Shown here one piece after another: positions 1 to 12,698 of a stretch of 64,000 nucleotides of DNA (its first letter is position 1; each line of letters opens with the position of its first letter). Source of the stretch: Curvularia clavata (taxonomy: Eukaryota). The stretch spans positions 3,596,001 to 3,660,000 of the forward strand of contig CP089274.1 of the NCBI GenBank assembly GCA_023920165.1, read 5' to 3'. The notes under the pieces were generated by a model, which did no database searches, was not told the origin of the DNA, and saw nothing but the letters and a program-made list of their open reading frames with translations. A program made the position numbers and the translations under genes.

Positions 1-517
1 GAGACGGAGTTGTCGCTGGCGGGAGACTCAGAGTGATCGTGGGTGGGCAAAATCTAAGCGAAGCTAGAGTTGCAGGGATTGGTGTGCACGGACCACACAA
101 CCGCTCCCTGACCAGCTGTGCATCTTGACCTTGACATATCATCACCGCATAATTTTATATTGTTTCTCAATGATACAAGTAAAAATATGTTTTGAAACAC
201 ATGCTATTTCCGAAAGTGCTCTTAGGCCGCCTTCTCAAATTTCGAACAGCACTCTCACGACGGTGCCAAGAGCTATGAATATTTAAGGTTTCTCGCTCAA
301 GGCACTCTAGGATATCAATTATGATGTCTCCATGAAATACTTAATATTAGACTGCTCGTCGCCGAGCTTGAGACTTGTGGACATTTGCAAAGGGGTTACA
401 GATACTCCATGCTGAAAATTCCACACACAAGTCATTGGCCAGCCAACCAAAGTTAAGTACTTTGATACTACTATCCCATCAGTTCAATTAAGTAAAACTC
501 ATTACTCATGACGCTGT

Positions 518-1565
518 TTACGCTTTTCTATCTGACGCTTCGCCGGTACCCTCCTTCCAGTACTCAGAAAGCCACTCATATGGCTCCTCTGGGACATACT
601 GATTCAGTATCTTCCCTTCAAACTCGGTGATGCGGTCGCGTGTCAGATTGTACAGCGCATACTTTTCATCGGGACCAGTCCCAACAGTATAAGGCACTGT
701 CTGGACATTATTGCCAATCTCCTTGTCTACGTAGCGCTCAACATCAGACACTTGCGAGTCCCTGATGCGGTATTCGTCGCCATAATTGGGGTTGATCTAT
801 ACCATCGTCAAGTTAGATTATTAGTAAAAAGGAGCTTTCGACTTACTATACCCATCCTTGTACCTTGCACAGCAATGACGTTCTGAATGGTGACATTGCG
901 TTTTGCCTGGTTGAGGCAGTTGCCACACGATTGATAAAAGGTACCAAAGTTCTCTGCGTAGAAGCCCGTAATATTTACCTTTCCTCCAAGAGAGTTGTCT
1001 TGGAAGATCTTGTCGGTTGCGTTGCGTGCACCTCCGCCAATGACTCGAAGCTGTGTGTTTAGGCCCTTTGATGTCAAAGCATCTTCGCAGACGTCTTCCC
1101 ACCAGACTGTTGCGACACAAGTTAGCAAGTTATTCAAGTTCTGGATTGTGCGTGGAGTTCACCGTTCTCGACCCAGGCATCACCAAGAGCATGTATACCC
1201 TCGCTCTGGTGTTTTCCAATAACCACGTTCCTGATGGTAGCACCAGGAAGCAAGTTGAATACAGCGTCTGCATCAGTTCCCTCGGCTTGCTCACTACAAC
1301 TGCCCTCCACACGCTCATATCGCTTCATTTTCCCGTCAAAGACTTGCCCCGGGAGAATGTACATGGCCTCAGTGAGTACAATAGTTTCCGTAGGAACAGG
1401 GAAATTTGTGACTGGAAATGGGAAGCGGGGAGGAGGTCGTGCTCCGAGATCACCTTGAGTTGAGTCTGCACCGCCTTGGGGTCCATCGCCGTTCTGGCGA
1501 GGGATGACTGCTGCCGTGGAAAGCGCAGGTAGAAGAGGGAGGATGGCTGAAGTAGGGAACTTCAT
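518..1565 (-). CDS. Secreted pectate lyase family 3 (PL3)-like protein, 3 exons (1565-1163, 1106-847, 796-518)
   Basis: Signal peptide MKFPTSAILPLLPALSTAA. PL3 motifs FDGKMKRYER, AVFNLLPGATIRNVVIG, ENVWWEDVCEDALT, DKIFQ and SCGNC. GT-AG introns 1162-1107 and 846-797 with CTAAC branch points join the ORF fragments in frame. Confidence 0.9.
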
Positions 1566-1808
1566 CTTCGATGTTTGTAACTGAGGAGAAACGTAAAACA
1601 AGCTATCAATATCGCTAGTTCGACTTCACGTGGAGTTGGCAGCAGTGCAGGAAAAGGGATATTCCATCTCCCACGCAACATATCCAGCTTTTATACCCTT
1701 CTCTTTTTTCCAACACCCCCAGTAAGCCATCTTTCCAGCCAGACCCATCACAGATACTTTCCATCCACAAACTCGTATTCCAACTCGCCTCAAGCCCTTT
1801 TCGGTATA

Positions 1809-2189
1809 CTATATCGCTGCAACCAAGACCACAGCCTCCCCTTCCCCATACCTTTCCCCAGCGCCACAACCTCCCAAGCCAGCGGAGGAACTCGCATCAA
1901 TGTCGTTTCCGTGAATGATGGTGCTGGGCTGGGTCTTGTAATGTGCTTGGCGTATGTCGAAGCGAATGTACTCCAAGACGTGGAGGCGTGATGCCAAGTC
2001 GATGACTCGCAGGAGTTCCGCCCGGTGGTATTTTTCTCCACGAATCATCTTGGGTGCTTGGCGGGTTGCTTGTGCTACAACCTTGAATTCGTTCGTTGTA
2101 CCCCGCGTATTCTGAGGAGGTATTTTCTGGGCAAGAGGTCCTTGCATTTTGGGTTTGATGTGGGTGGACGGTGATGGGTTTGAGGTCAT
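1809..2189 (-). CDS. Hypothetical 126-aa ORF
   Basis: ATG-initiated ORF between two genes, with no recognisable motif. Confidence 0.25.
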   Translation of the reverse strand: MTSNPSPSTHIKPKMQGPLAQKIPPQNTRGTTNEFKVVAQATRQAPKMIRGEKYHRAELLRVIDLASRLHVLEYIRFDIRQAHYKTQPSTIIHGNDIDASSSAGLGGCGAGERYGEGEAVVLVAAI

Positions 2190-2389
2190 GTGATCGTTGT
2201 TGTAATTTCAGTACTTCAAGTTCAAGCGAGGGCAATGGAACACGTTCAGTGACACAAAAACAAAACAAATAAAGCAAAAGGAGTTAAGATAACGCAGCGT
2301 ATGTTATTGATCTTAAGTCATATCGCCTCGCATAGCCCGCAGCAAAGTCTTCTCCTCCATCAATCCATCGCAACAGCCTCCGACCTATG

Positions 2390-3527
2390 TCACTCCCACA
2401 GCTCACTCATTTCCTTCAGACTCATCTTCAGACTCTCCCATCCATCTCCCTTAACCCTCCTCAATAGCTCCTCCGCCCTCTGGTTTGGCACCCTCATCCT
2501 ATCCTCGCCCAGCCCCTCAATATCCTCCGGAAACTTTCTCTCTGGGTACATCTTCCGCCAAATTCCCATGACCTTATTATAGCTCCACGGCTCTGCAAAC
2601 GCAAACAGGCGCTCAGATTCCACGTCGCTGTAGATCAAGGCTGCAACGTGTATGAGTGCGCAGTCGACAGTGTTGACGTACCATTGGGGTCCAGCGAATC
2701 CTTTGAACATTTCGGTGTTTTGGCCCGTCCAAGCTATGTGGGCCCATTGGATGGTGGAGGGGAGACCTTGGTGTTGGGGTAAGAGGACAGCGCCGAAGTT
2801 GACGTTGGGTAGCTTTGCACTGTCAGTGCGATCTAGATATTACGATTTGTATAAATGTGACTTACGACAGAGTTGAAAACGAAGCCTGGCTTGTTCTCGT
2901 CCACCCACTTTGCCGCCGCTTTTTCAGACGCAGTCTTCATGGCGCCGTAAACACGCAAACCGCCTTTGTTTGGATTGTTAGGGTCTAGAACCTTGAGTGC
3001 TTCTTCGTTGTAGGTGCTCTCTTCGAGTGAGATTTCCTCGTTGGGACGAGGGAAGATAGCAGCGATGGAGGAGGAAGTAAATACGAAGCGTTTACACGAG
3101 GGAATTTTGGAGCAGGCTTTGAGGGCGTTGATGACACCGTTGTTGGCGATGGAGACGGCGAGGTCGAGGTTGGAGTTCTCGCTAATGGGTGCGGCGACGT
3201 GGATGAAGCCATCGATACCTGATATTAAAGCTACGTTAGTTGTTTTCTTTTCCTATTTTGGGTTTGGGATGATTTGGATGTACCCTGCATGAAGTCGTCG
3301 TAACACCCTTCGATAGTCATATCAGGAACATTAACCAGCTCAAAATTGACATTCTTGTGCTTTTCACTGAAGTACTCGGTCAAGTACTTGTGTTTTTCAG
3401 CATTCCTCACTGCGCCTCGTACATGGTATCCCCTCTTTAGCAATTGATCGACGACATGGCTTCCGATCAACCCATTGACTCCCGTCACGAAGACAGTAGC
3501 CCCAACTTCGAGTGCAAGAGAAGGCAT
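2390..3527 (-). CDS. NAD(P)-dependent epimerase/dehydratase, aldehyde reductase II-like extended SDR, 3 exons
   Basis: Rossmann motif VTGVNGLIGSH, FIHVAAP, FVFTSSS, catalytic YGAMK (YxxxK) and LPNVNFG. Introns 3283-3219 and 2865-2813. Confidence 0.9.
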
Positions 3528-4572
3528 TGCAGGGTCGAAATCTATCAGTTGTAATAAAGGGGGCGGGGTGGGTGACGTAAGCAAAAAGGGGTAGTATGGT
3601 AAAGTGTGCTACAGTTTCCTGAGAAAAGCTCAATATATGCTGCTTGAACAGTGAAGAAGTAAAAAGATGATATTACTGAGACAGGATGCTAGCGAGGCTA
3701 CAGAAGAGATTAAATACACCTGGACAAAGAGGAATTCAAGGCTGCCAGAGCTAACTCTGTTCGGCAAAGCGGCTTCACCCGCATGCTGCAGCATGGTGTG
3801 CTGACGCATGAGGTTCACTCTTACGGCTCTCGTTTTATCCTATCAGTGATTTTTGCCGAATGCGTCGTTTCGGCTTGAACACTGAAGTCAGCAGGTCGGG
3901 GCAGAACAGTTGTGACGATGCGTCTTCGTTATAAATCCAGCTATTACAAATCAAGTCGAACGATTTAATCACTGAGTGGTATTCGCGAAATGAGAGACCG
4001 TTCATCATTGTATAAGCTCTGTAATGTTTCAATCTAAGAATTTCTTGATTATGGAGTCATTGGCTTTTGTTTGGGTTCACGCGTGTGAAGTGTGCGGAAC
4101 ACGTAGCCGAAACTTGAAATCTCAACTTCTTCCAATAACACATTTCTTAGAACACGAGTTCGCATATTCAAGTTTCGGCGGTACATTAGCACGAATCATT
4201 CCAAAGAATAGCATGTTGAGCATTTATCGGTGTATTTGATGAGACTTAAAATGCTGTGAAGTGAATGAAACTTATGTTCCGTGGAGATGCCCCCACACAC
4301 ATTTAAGGCATTTTAGTGACGTATGATACCTGTGGGTATATTAACTCAGCCGAGTAAAATCATTAAACTGGCATCCAACAAGACCCCTAGTGCTCTCGAG
4401 TAAAAATTGCAATTCAAGAAGTTTTCATGTTTTATTGTCAGTAGCTAAGACTGAAAACTGATGGATAGACTGACGCGACCAAGAGGGCTAATATCGTGTT
4501 CGTAAACCAAAAAACGATGCCTATGACTTGCAGAACATAATTCCACGACAATTGCTGCAATGGCCATAATAT

Positions 4573-6016
4573 TTATAACTTTCCCCTACTCTTGGCCGTC
4601 TCTTCCTGAAGCACCAACCCAACAGGCCCACCACGGCTTCCATCACCAGCCCACTGTTCCTCAGGGATGCGCTCAGCAGGCCAGTCCCAGCGCCCCTTGA
4701 AATCATCGGGCGTTCGGCCTTGGATACATTCTACGATGCTATCACCAATAACAGGCAGAAACTTGAAGCCGTGGCCACTGCCGCCACTGGCTACAAACAG
4801 ACCGCTGTACTTTGGGTGATAGGAGATCAAGAAGTCGCCATCCCTTGTATCCGTGTACCAGCAAATCTTGGATTTGGTGAATGGTCGGGAGGGTGATGCA
4901 AGTGTTGGGTGTATCGCCTTAAGGAAATCTCGACATTGGCGTTGGCCCTCAATTGGCACTGCTTGGTTTGGATCGTCGACACCTGTGTAGGGCAATGACA
5001 CGGTAATCGTCTCGTTTGGATCATCCGACTCGGGATGCGGGATGGTCGTGGGGTTGATATAGCCATGGCCGTGGCGCGCCACCTTGAGCAGCCCCTTGGA
5101 AGGCGGGATCATGAAAAGGCCGTGTGAGAGGTTCAAGATAGTCGGCTTGGTGGCCATTTTCGCCTCCTCCTCCTTAGATATCGGCATGTAGCAGAGGGCC
5201 TGCCCGGTAGCTTTGCAGATGCCTCGTAAATCTATGAGCGAAGCTGTCCATGCTCCCGCTGCCAGTATTGTCAGGTCGGCCTTCAATTCGCTTGAATCGC
5301 TGAGCCGGACACCAGATACTGTGTTTGTTTTGTGGTCGATCAACAGCTTCTTCACCTGGTTCGTGACAAACTTGACTCGGTTCAAACTCTCGACCTTTTC
5401 CCGGAGCCAGATCATGGCACCCTCGGCGTCTGCCCAGCCAGAACTCCAGTTGACATAGCCTGTGGAGCCATTGCCCCATGGATCCTTGCCTTCAAGTCCA
5501 CATGCCTTTTGGATGTCTTCGGCCGAACTGAGGACCTCAACCTTGTCTGTTCCTATCGCCCGGACGTTTGACAGTGACTCAGACACGTACTTTTGCTCTG
5601 GCCCCCAGGCAGTCACACATAGCCCGACCTCGTGGTAGTGTTCAGGTGCGAAATCGGTTCGCCAGCGGTTTTGCGCAATAGTTGCGAGGCGGGTATAGCG
5701 GGCGGCAGCGTAATCGGGGCGGATGATGCGCGAGGTATCAATCTAATCGTGCTTGTCTGAGCTTGTTGCTTTGGTGGAAACTGCGTTTTGCGACGACCGA
5801 GAAAAGGTTGCTCCATAGAGTTTAGGGAGGCTGAATTATCGCTCTACTTACACTCGATCCATCAGGAGTGGGGAAGGGCTGTCTGTCCACTACAGTGATT
5901 GAGGTGTTTTTGTACTGTGGGTTCCGACATAGAGAGTAGGCAGTAGAAAGTCCGAATGCACCGCTTCCGACAATTAGAATCGATGAAGGTATCTCAGAAA
6001 CAGTTGAGGACGCCAT
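4573..6016 (-). CDS. FAD-dependent oxidoreductase of the sarcosine/L-pipecolate/fructosyl-amino-acid oxidase family, 2 exons
   Basis: IVGSGAFGLSTA (GxGxxG), DTSRIIRPDY, CWYTDT and GGSGHGFKFLPVIG. Intron 5851-5743. Confidence 0.9.
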
Positions 6017-6344
6017 TTCGCGCAAATCTCAAGGAAATTGCTTACAAGAATCAAGCAAGGCCACGAAGGAGAAGACAGCAAAGAAAAAGGGCGCAACCGA
6101 AAAACTGAGCATATAGTCGTGGAGCTTCCGAGCAACAGCCGCCAGTCGGCCGATATCGTCGATGGACTGGCGGCGGGTATGGTCGGATTTGTATGGGTCA
6201 GACCCTGGGGACTTGCAGGGCGCTCGGACCTACCCGACAGATCGGATCAAAAGATTTGAGGCTCCAAAGCAAACAACTGCTAGCATCACCCATTGACAAT
6301 CAACAACACCTGCTGAACACTCCGCTGCTGTCTGGCCATACGCC

Positions 6345-7448
6345 ATGGCGAAGCTCCCCAAACCTCCCAAGTCGTTTCCGACAAGATCCACAATACCGAC
6401 GAAGCCCGCCGCACCACTGCCCAGGCGAATACCGCGAGCGCAACCGACCCCCGAGCAATTGCTGCGAGTGCCCGAGAACCAGACACCTGAACAAGCATTG
6501 AAGCGAGTATGGTCAGCGCGCCCAAGGCTGTCTGATCTCCAGCGGCTGTCGGATGAGGAATTGAGGTCAGCACAGCACCAGGCCAAGCTGCGGAGATGGC
6601 GACAATGGCCCATGTTCGGCATTGGCATGATAGCATTTGGAATGGGCACATATGCAACCATGCTCTGGACGTCACTGACTCATGACGCCGATTTGAAAGA
6701 CTTGCCAGCGGATCTCTCTGATCGATTTGACAAGGAGGCTGAGGGATACGACGAGAAAGTGGATACATCGGAAACGCTCCTCATGTTGACTCGGAAGCGC
6801 AAGAAGCTCACTGCCATGGCCAAGGGACACGTGTTGGAAGTTGCTGTGGGTACAGGCAGGAACATACCATACTACAAGACGAAGCAATGCGCAACCGTAA
6901 CGCTGCTCGACTCGAGTGGGCCGATGCTCGAGGTCGCGCGGCGGAAATGGAATGACACGCACAAGGAGTACTTTAGCCGCGTCTTCTTCAAGCACCAGTC
7001 AGCGATTGATCCGATAACGCCCCCGTATGGCGCGCAGGATGGATACGACACGGTGTTGCAGACTATGGGGCTGTGTTCGACACCGGAGCCGGTCAAGCTG
7101 CTACAAAACCTCGAGGCGTGCACCAACGAGGACGGACAGATACTGCTTCTGGAGCATGGCAAATCGCACTACGAATGGCTCAACAGGATGCTAGACAAGA
7201 CAGCTCCCGCACACGCCGACGAGCATGGGTGCTGGTGGAACAAGGACATTGGCAAGATTGTCGAGGAGAGCGGGCTAGAGGTTGTGGAGATGAAGCGCTA
7301 CAACTTTGGCACGACGTGGTGGCTTCAATTGAAGCCGAGAAAAGGAATACGGCAGAGGCGGGGCGAGACAAGCGTGGAAGAGCAGGCGGGCACTGGACAG
7401 GTAGCGGGCGCCATTGCACAAAAGCCGTGGTGGTGGTTGTGGAGTTGA
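6345..7448 (+). CDS. OMS1: Mitochondrial SAM-dependent methyltransferase, OMS1-like
   Basis: Basic N-terminus, one TM segment, SAM motif I VLEVAVGTGRN, DTVLQTMGLCS, LLLEHG and GCWWNKDI. Confidence 0.8.
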   Translation: MAKLPKPPKSFPTRSTIPTKPAAPLPRRIPRAQPTPEQLLRVPENQTPEQALKRVWSARPRLSDLQRLSDEELRSAQHQAKLRRWRQWPMFGIGMIAFGMGTYATMLWTSLTHDADLKDLPADLSDRFDKEAEGYDEKVDTSETLLMLTRKRKKLTAMAKGHVLEVAVGTGRNIPYYKTKQCATVTLLDSSGPMLEVARRKWNDTHKEYFSRVFFKHQSAIDPITPPYGAQDGYDTVLQTMGLCSTPEPVKLLQNLEACTNEDGQILLLEHGKSHYEWLNRMLDKTAPAHADEHGCWWNKDIGKIVEESGLEVVEMKRYNFGTTWWLQLKPRKGIRQRRGETSVEEQAGTGQVAGAIAQKPWWWLWS

Positions 7449-9446
7449 ATAAGTGACCATGTTATCATTACAAGGACCCCGCAGTATTGGGGCTGGTGGG
7501 GACATGGCACTATCAGATACAAGACAGGCACAATTTGGACTGTGTGGGGACGCAGGCGAGGCTGGCCATGGATACAGGTTTGTTTTGTTCAAGGTGACGC
7601 AAAGTTTGGCGTCGCCGTGGTGAGGAGAGGGGCACTACCAGATGGGGTAATGCCAGGACCAGCCTTCGTCACTTGGGGACCCAAGAGCAGGTGAAGCGAG
7701 ATCTGCAGTCGGGATCATGGGCAATGCACACAGGATCGCGTCACTCTTGACGGAGCGCATGGCGGCTCACCCAAACTTTGACATGTCTTTCCCATCAGCC
7801 CAGGCCATGTGGTTTGGGTGCTGGAAGCGCGGGGCAGGACGGCGGGCGGCGAGATGAGCGAGGGCGAGCACGCAACAGTTATCTGACTCGGCGGGCTGGC
7901 TGCGCGGGCAAAGAAGCAAACAAACATGCGTCCTCACCGTCTTTCACGACTTGCCAACTGCCTCATCCAGCCCGCACTTCGTCTGGGGAAGGCGAATAGC
8001 GCATCCGCCCACCTGTACTGCCCGCAGCCCAAGTGCGGCGCCAGACCTTCCAGTTCCCCACAAATGGTGACGCTGCGCTGCACATGCAAGGCGCTCTTGG
8101 CGGCAGGCGCCTAGCCCAATACGGCAAGCACATGTCCATGGCCCATGTTCCATCATCCGAAGCCATGGCAACTCGCGTGCCCACCAAGGCTTTTTGTGCG
8201 CACCACATGCTTGCACCGAGAAGCCCTTCTTCTGTCTGCCGCCCCAGCGTGCTCCCCGAACCAGGCGGGCGAGCGACTCCAAAATGCCGGGCCTCGTACG
8301 AGGCGTGCTGCCTCTTTGTCTTGCCACGGCTAGCCGCAGCGGTTCAGCTGTTCGCATTGGGGGGTTGCCGAGGACTGGCCGCATGCCCACCAGCGAAAAG
8401 TTCCGTCAGAGAAAAAATCGCAAAAAGTGTGCTCACCGCCCTGGGGGATCCCGGCGGCATCGTTGAGGCTAAATCCACTTTTGCAGCTAGACGAAACCTC
8501 TGGACAGGGATGCGGCCTCTCTGCAACTGGATGATATGCACGCAGCATCAGATCATGGCAGAGCATCCAACCACTCGCGACGTGGCCGTTGCAGGCAATG
8601 GGCAAGCGCAGCAATCGAGGCGGTCAGCTGCCGGGACAGCTGTGACGACCCGCCCGTATGTATGCAGCCAGGCAGCGAAGGAAGAGGGCCTTGGAGACGG
8701 ACAAGTCTTTGGAGACGACGACTGCCCCCCCGTCGCGGAGGTTTATCGGCTACGACGCACTCGCACCAGCATGGCTTAGCACGATCCACTTATCTCATGC
8801 CCGGCGCGAGATGTGAAGAGATCCAAGCTTGACACAACAAGAGGGGCAAATTCGCGAATGAGCCGTCTTGGATTGGCTGTACGAGACGTTGGAACAGGCA
8901 TCCAGCCGGTGAAAGCCACGCCTGGAGGGCAGCCGGCGACTACTGTGCTTTTGGAGCATGCTGCCGCGTGGTACATGCGGGCGGCCACGGCATCTTGATA
9001 GGAGCGTAACGCTCTAGCCCCTGGCCAACAAAGCAAAAACGGCCTCTAAAAGTAGTATGCTGTCATAACCAGCCTGAGCATCCCTGGGTACATTCACCCT
9101 ACCACCGTGCACGGGCGCCTGCCGGAGCCTAGTCGCTCCTTCTTCACCCAGTTGCTCCACCACGCCTCCGACCTTTCCCTCGCAACATTCCCCTCCTTCT
9201 CACTGCCCTCGAACTCCCTCAGGGACCACTTGTCCATTGTACACCCGCGTCGCCTCGTCCTTGTCCCGTCCTTTGCCTACTTGCTTGTCGTGCTGCACTT
9301 GGCTGTGTAGCATCTTCCGTGTCGTCCAGAGGCCAACTCATTCGCCATCCCGCCGCCTTACGTAGTCGCTGCTCTCTTCAGGAGGCAACTTGCGTAGCTG
9401 CCACCACTCCTCGGCTTTCATCACTACTGCCTCATCCTCTTCCTCT

Positions 9447-9467
9447 CCACCACCACCACCACCACCA
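9447..9467 (+). repeat. (CAC)n microsatellite in the GDS1-like leader
   Basis: About 7 tandem CAC units. A similar run follows the stop codon at about 11076-11096. Confidence 0.8.
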
Positions 9468-9802
9468 ACAACCACCTTCTATCCCCCTCACTCTCACTCT
9501 CACGCACACACAACAATCGGGCGCCTTTTCTTTGACGCCACCCCTGCAGTGCAGAAAGAGCGTCGTACCCAGCCTTGCATATTCGGCAGCAGCGCTTGGT
9601 GGCATAGGCTGCAGCGCATTCGTACCGGACCAATCCACATCCCTGAGCATTCTCGCAGTACCCAAACACTTTTTTTGGCTGCACACCCATTACCACCACC
9701 CACCCTTAATAATATACCCTTCTTCCCTTGCAAAGGCTACCCTTTGTCTCCCTCTCTTATCCCTTGCGCGAAACCTGCTTGCGACCAAGTCGCTGCGATA
9801 AG

Positions 9803-11061
9803 ATGCCCTACAACACTCGCCGCAAGTCCCTGTCGCTGCCGTCGCTCGGCATCCAGCTCCCTGGGGCGCCCCGAACCACGCGCTCACCGCCTTCGACAAA
9901 CGACAGCCAGCACGTCGCAAAAAAACAGAAGCGCTCACATTCCGGCTCTCTCTCATCGGCGCCCGCATCCCCTCCACGACCATCGGCGTTGCGTCTCGAC
10001 GAGCACCGACCCAAAAGCTCAGGCCGCGTCGCCGACACCCCGCCACCGTCACCAGGCGGCGAGTCGGGCATCGCAAAGATCGACACCCAAGGTATCGATG
10101 ACGAGATTGTTGTCGGTGTCATTGAACAGCTCGAAAAGACTGGCAACCGTCCTCATCTGCTCAAGGAGCTTGCGCTGGTCCTGTCGCCCATCATCCCCAT
10201 TGTCGAAAGGTACGTACCTCCCCTCAATGCTTAGCCCATAATTCCTTATGCTGACATGTGCTTAGCTCGGCCAACCCAGCAGCCATCATTTCGTCTCGCC
10301 TAGCCACCTATCTCAAGCGCAATTGGACCGCCCTGTCGAGATGTCCTCTCGACAAGAAGCTTGTGGGCACACACCCAAAACGTGTCTACTACTTTCTGTC
10401 CACCCGTCCACACCAGCCGATCCCTGCCGACGGTAGTGCCCTGGTCACGCCGCGCATTGTAACCCCGTCACTGTCGTCTGCTACATCGGAAGAAGAAGAG
10501 GACATGGATGCCAGGTCGCGAGACCGCATGTCACCGTCTCCCGAACTCGACCTCTCCGACTACGACAGCAACGCCAGCGACCCCTTCTCCAACCAGGCCC
10601 ACCCTCCTACGACTGCGAACATCTCACACAACCGCCGTGCCCAGTCGCCTCCGTTAGAAAAGGACGAGCGCGAATTCACTCAGACTGCGTCATTCCTCCA
10701 ACAACGCCGGAGGAGCCAAGAAGCGGAGCGTGCACGATCTGCCAGCGCATCTGCCGAGCCGACGCAAAGCAACGACGTCAAGATGGAAGAAATCGCCGTC
10801 TCTGTCGAGGAGTCACTCGAGAGCGCTGCCCGCAAAGATTCGGAAACAGCGGCAGCCCTTTTTGGCCAGATGGACCAAGTGAGCTTCAACGCTGGCCTCT
10901 CGCCCAGCAGCCCTGCGCTCAAGCCTTCACTCCACATCGACATGCCACCACCCTCGCTCAAGCGCAAAGAGATAAAACTCGAGTTTGACGACGACTGGGT
11001 CATGCGGAGCCCGGAGCTCATTGATCTGGACGAGCTTGATGATCTTTTTGGCGGTTACTAG
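9803..11061 (+). CDS. GDS1: GDS1-like protein (winged-helix-type domain), 2 exons
   Basis: MPYNTRRKSLSLPSLGI, DDEIVVGVIEQLEKTGNRPHLLKELA, SANPAAIISSRL and HPKRVYYFL. Intron 10210-10265. Confidence 0.7.
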
Positions 11062-12698
11062 ACTACTCCTGTTATCACCACCACCACCACCACCACTCAA
11101 CTCTGCACCTTCTCTGCAGATGATGTTTACGATTCTCTTGGGGCATGTTCTCTCATCTATTTTCACTGTATCTCTTGTATTTTCTCACCTCATTGTCGCT
11201 TTCTTACAGCGTATGTCCTAGATGGATTCGTTCTGCCGCTCGGGCTGCATTCATATTACACTCTAGGGATGTTGGTATATTGTCGATCGCACGGAGTTCT
11301 TGAGATATGGGGTGTCTAGGAAGGAATTCTGTACGATACGTGTAGAGTGTATTTGTTGCGATGGGCGCTGAGGCGCTTTGCTGATGCGCTGGATTGTTAC
11401 TTGGCGCACGAATTTTGGATCAAAGGGGGTATTGACGAACATCCAGCACTTGTCACCGCCGATCCGGCGTGACGCAGCAAATGGATGGAAAAGGAACCCG
11501 ACTGCTATAGAAAAAGCTCTTGAAATTGAAAAACAGTTAATATCCTTGATGACAAGAAGTTTGCCTGTTGTCTAGATCAAAACAGCTTGCGTTGCTCGCC
11601 ATGTTGTGATTGTGATTGTGCATGGGATTGTTGTCGCCAAATCGCTGGGTGACGGGGTTTCCTTACAAACACGTACCGCTTGCTCACCGCCCGACTTGTA
11701 TGATTTCTGCACCTAAGACTACAGTACACCTGGCATTGGTCCCATGGAAAAATTGGGCCCTCACCGGCTGGTCTGCTTGCGCCCAATGCACCGCTCGATC
11801 TGACCCAGACCGTCCTAGTGTCAGAACGGACGGGAGCTTGTGATTGGCAACGCCCGATGGACAAGTTGCGGTCGAGGGCGATGTGCTGGAGGCCGCCTCA
11901 CTTTCAACCAACAGCACAACACCAGAGGGTCCGACGGTGAACGCAAATTCTCTGCATACTCGTCAATGTGAAATTGCAAAAAAAACGCTTTGGACTCTTC
12001 TCCAACTTGTGCAATCGCCTGTTCGCAGAAAAAGAGGCTGGGTAAGCGAGTCCAATGACTTGGGCACCCCAGCCTACAGCAAAGCTTTGAGCCGGCGCCC
12101 AACCTCACGACGTAACAGTGCGCTGTGCGCGGCGCGACACGTCCGCCTCCATCGTCTTTCACATATCGACTCCCCAAGTCCCCCCTCGTTCCGCGCACCT
12201 TTTGTGCCCTGCATCAAAGTGCTTGCTGCAGGCTCCCAGGGCCGCTTGAGGTTCTGGTTCCGGACTGTCTCGCTTACTTCGCGCCGAACCAATCTTGACA
12301 GTTGGGAAACGAACAGGCTGGGCGTTCACCGCACCGTCATCCGGTCCCATCATTCGAGGTTGGTGGCTATAGGGTGAAACGTCTTTTCCTCAGACTCTTG
12401 CAGACAGCTCACGTGGCATACTCGAATTGGACCCTGGAAACAGTCACAAAGATCGCTGCCGCTGCTGCTGCTGCTGTCCCGCAGAAAAGCCAACACATAG
12501 CATCCTCGATCATCGACACCCGGCCATACAAGCACGCGATCACCCGCAGTGCCTGTCAGCAAAACCCGCCGCGGCCGCAGGAGGCACAGTCATCTTAGCA
12601 TAGTCGACTCTCCTGGGACTTTACCTGCGCCTGCTCCTCGACAAAGACTCCCTTTTTCAAAAGCACACCTGCAGAGGACCCGCAACCTAAGGAAGAAA

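Noticed and set aside
8033..8779. 248-aa ORF upstream of the GDS1-like gene
   Set aside because: Non-ATG start, GC-rich promoter-type DNA and no protein-like motifs.
9390..10241. 283-aa ORF overlapping the GDS1-like gene
   Set aside because: Alternative frame of C-rich low-complexity sequence with a TTG start.
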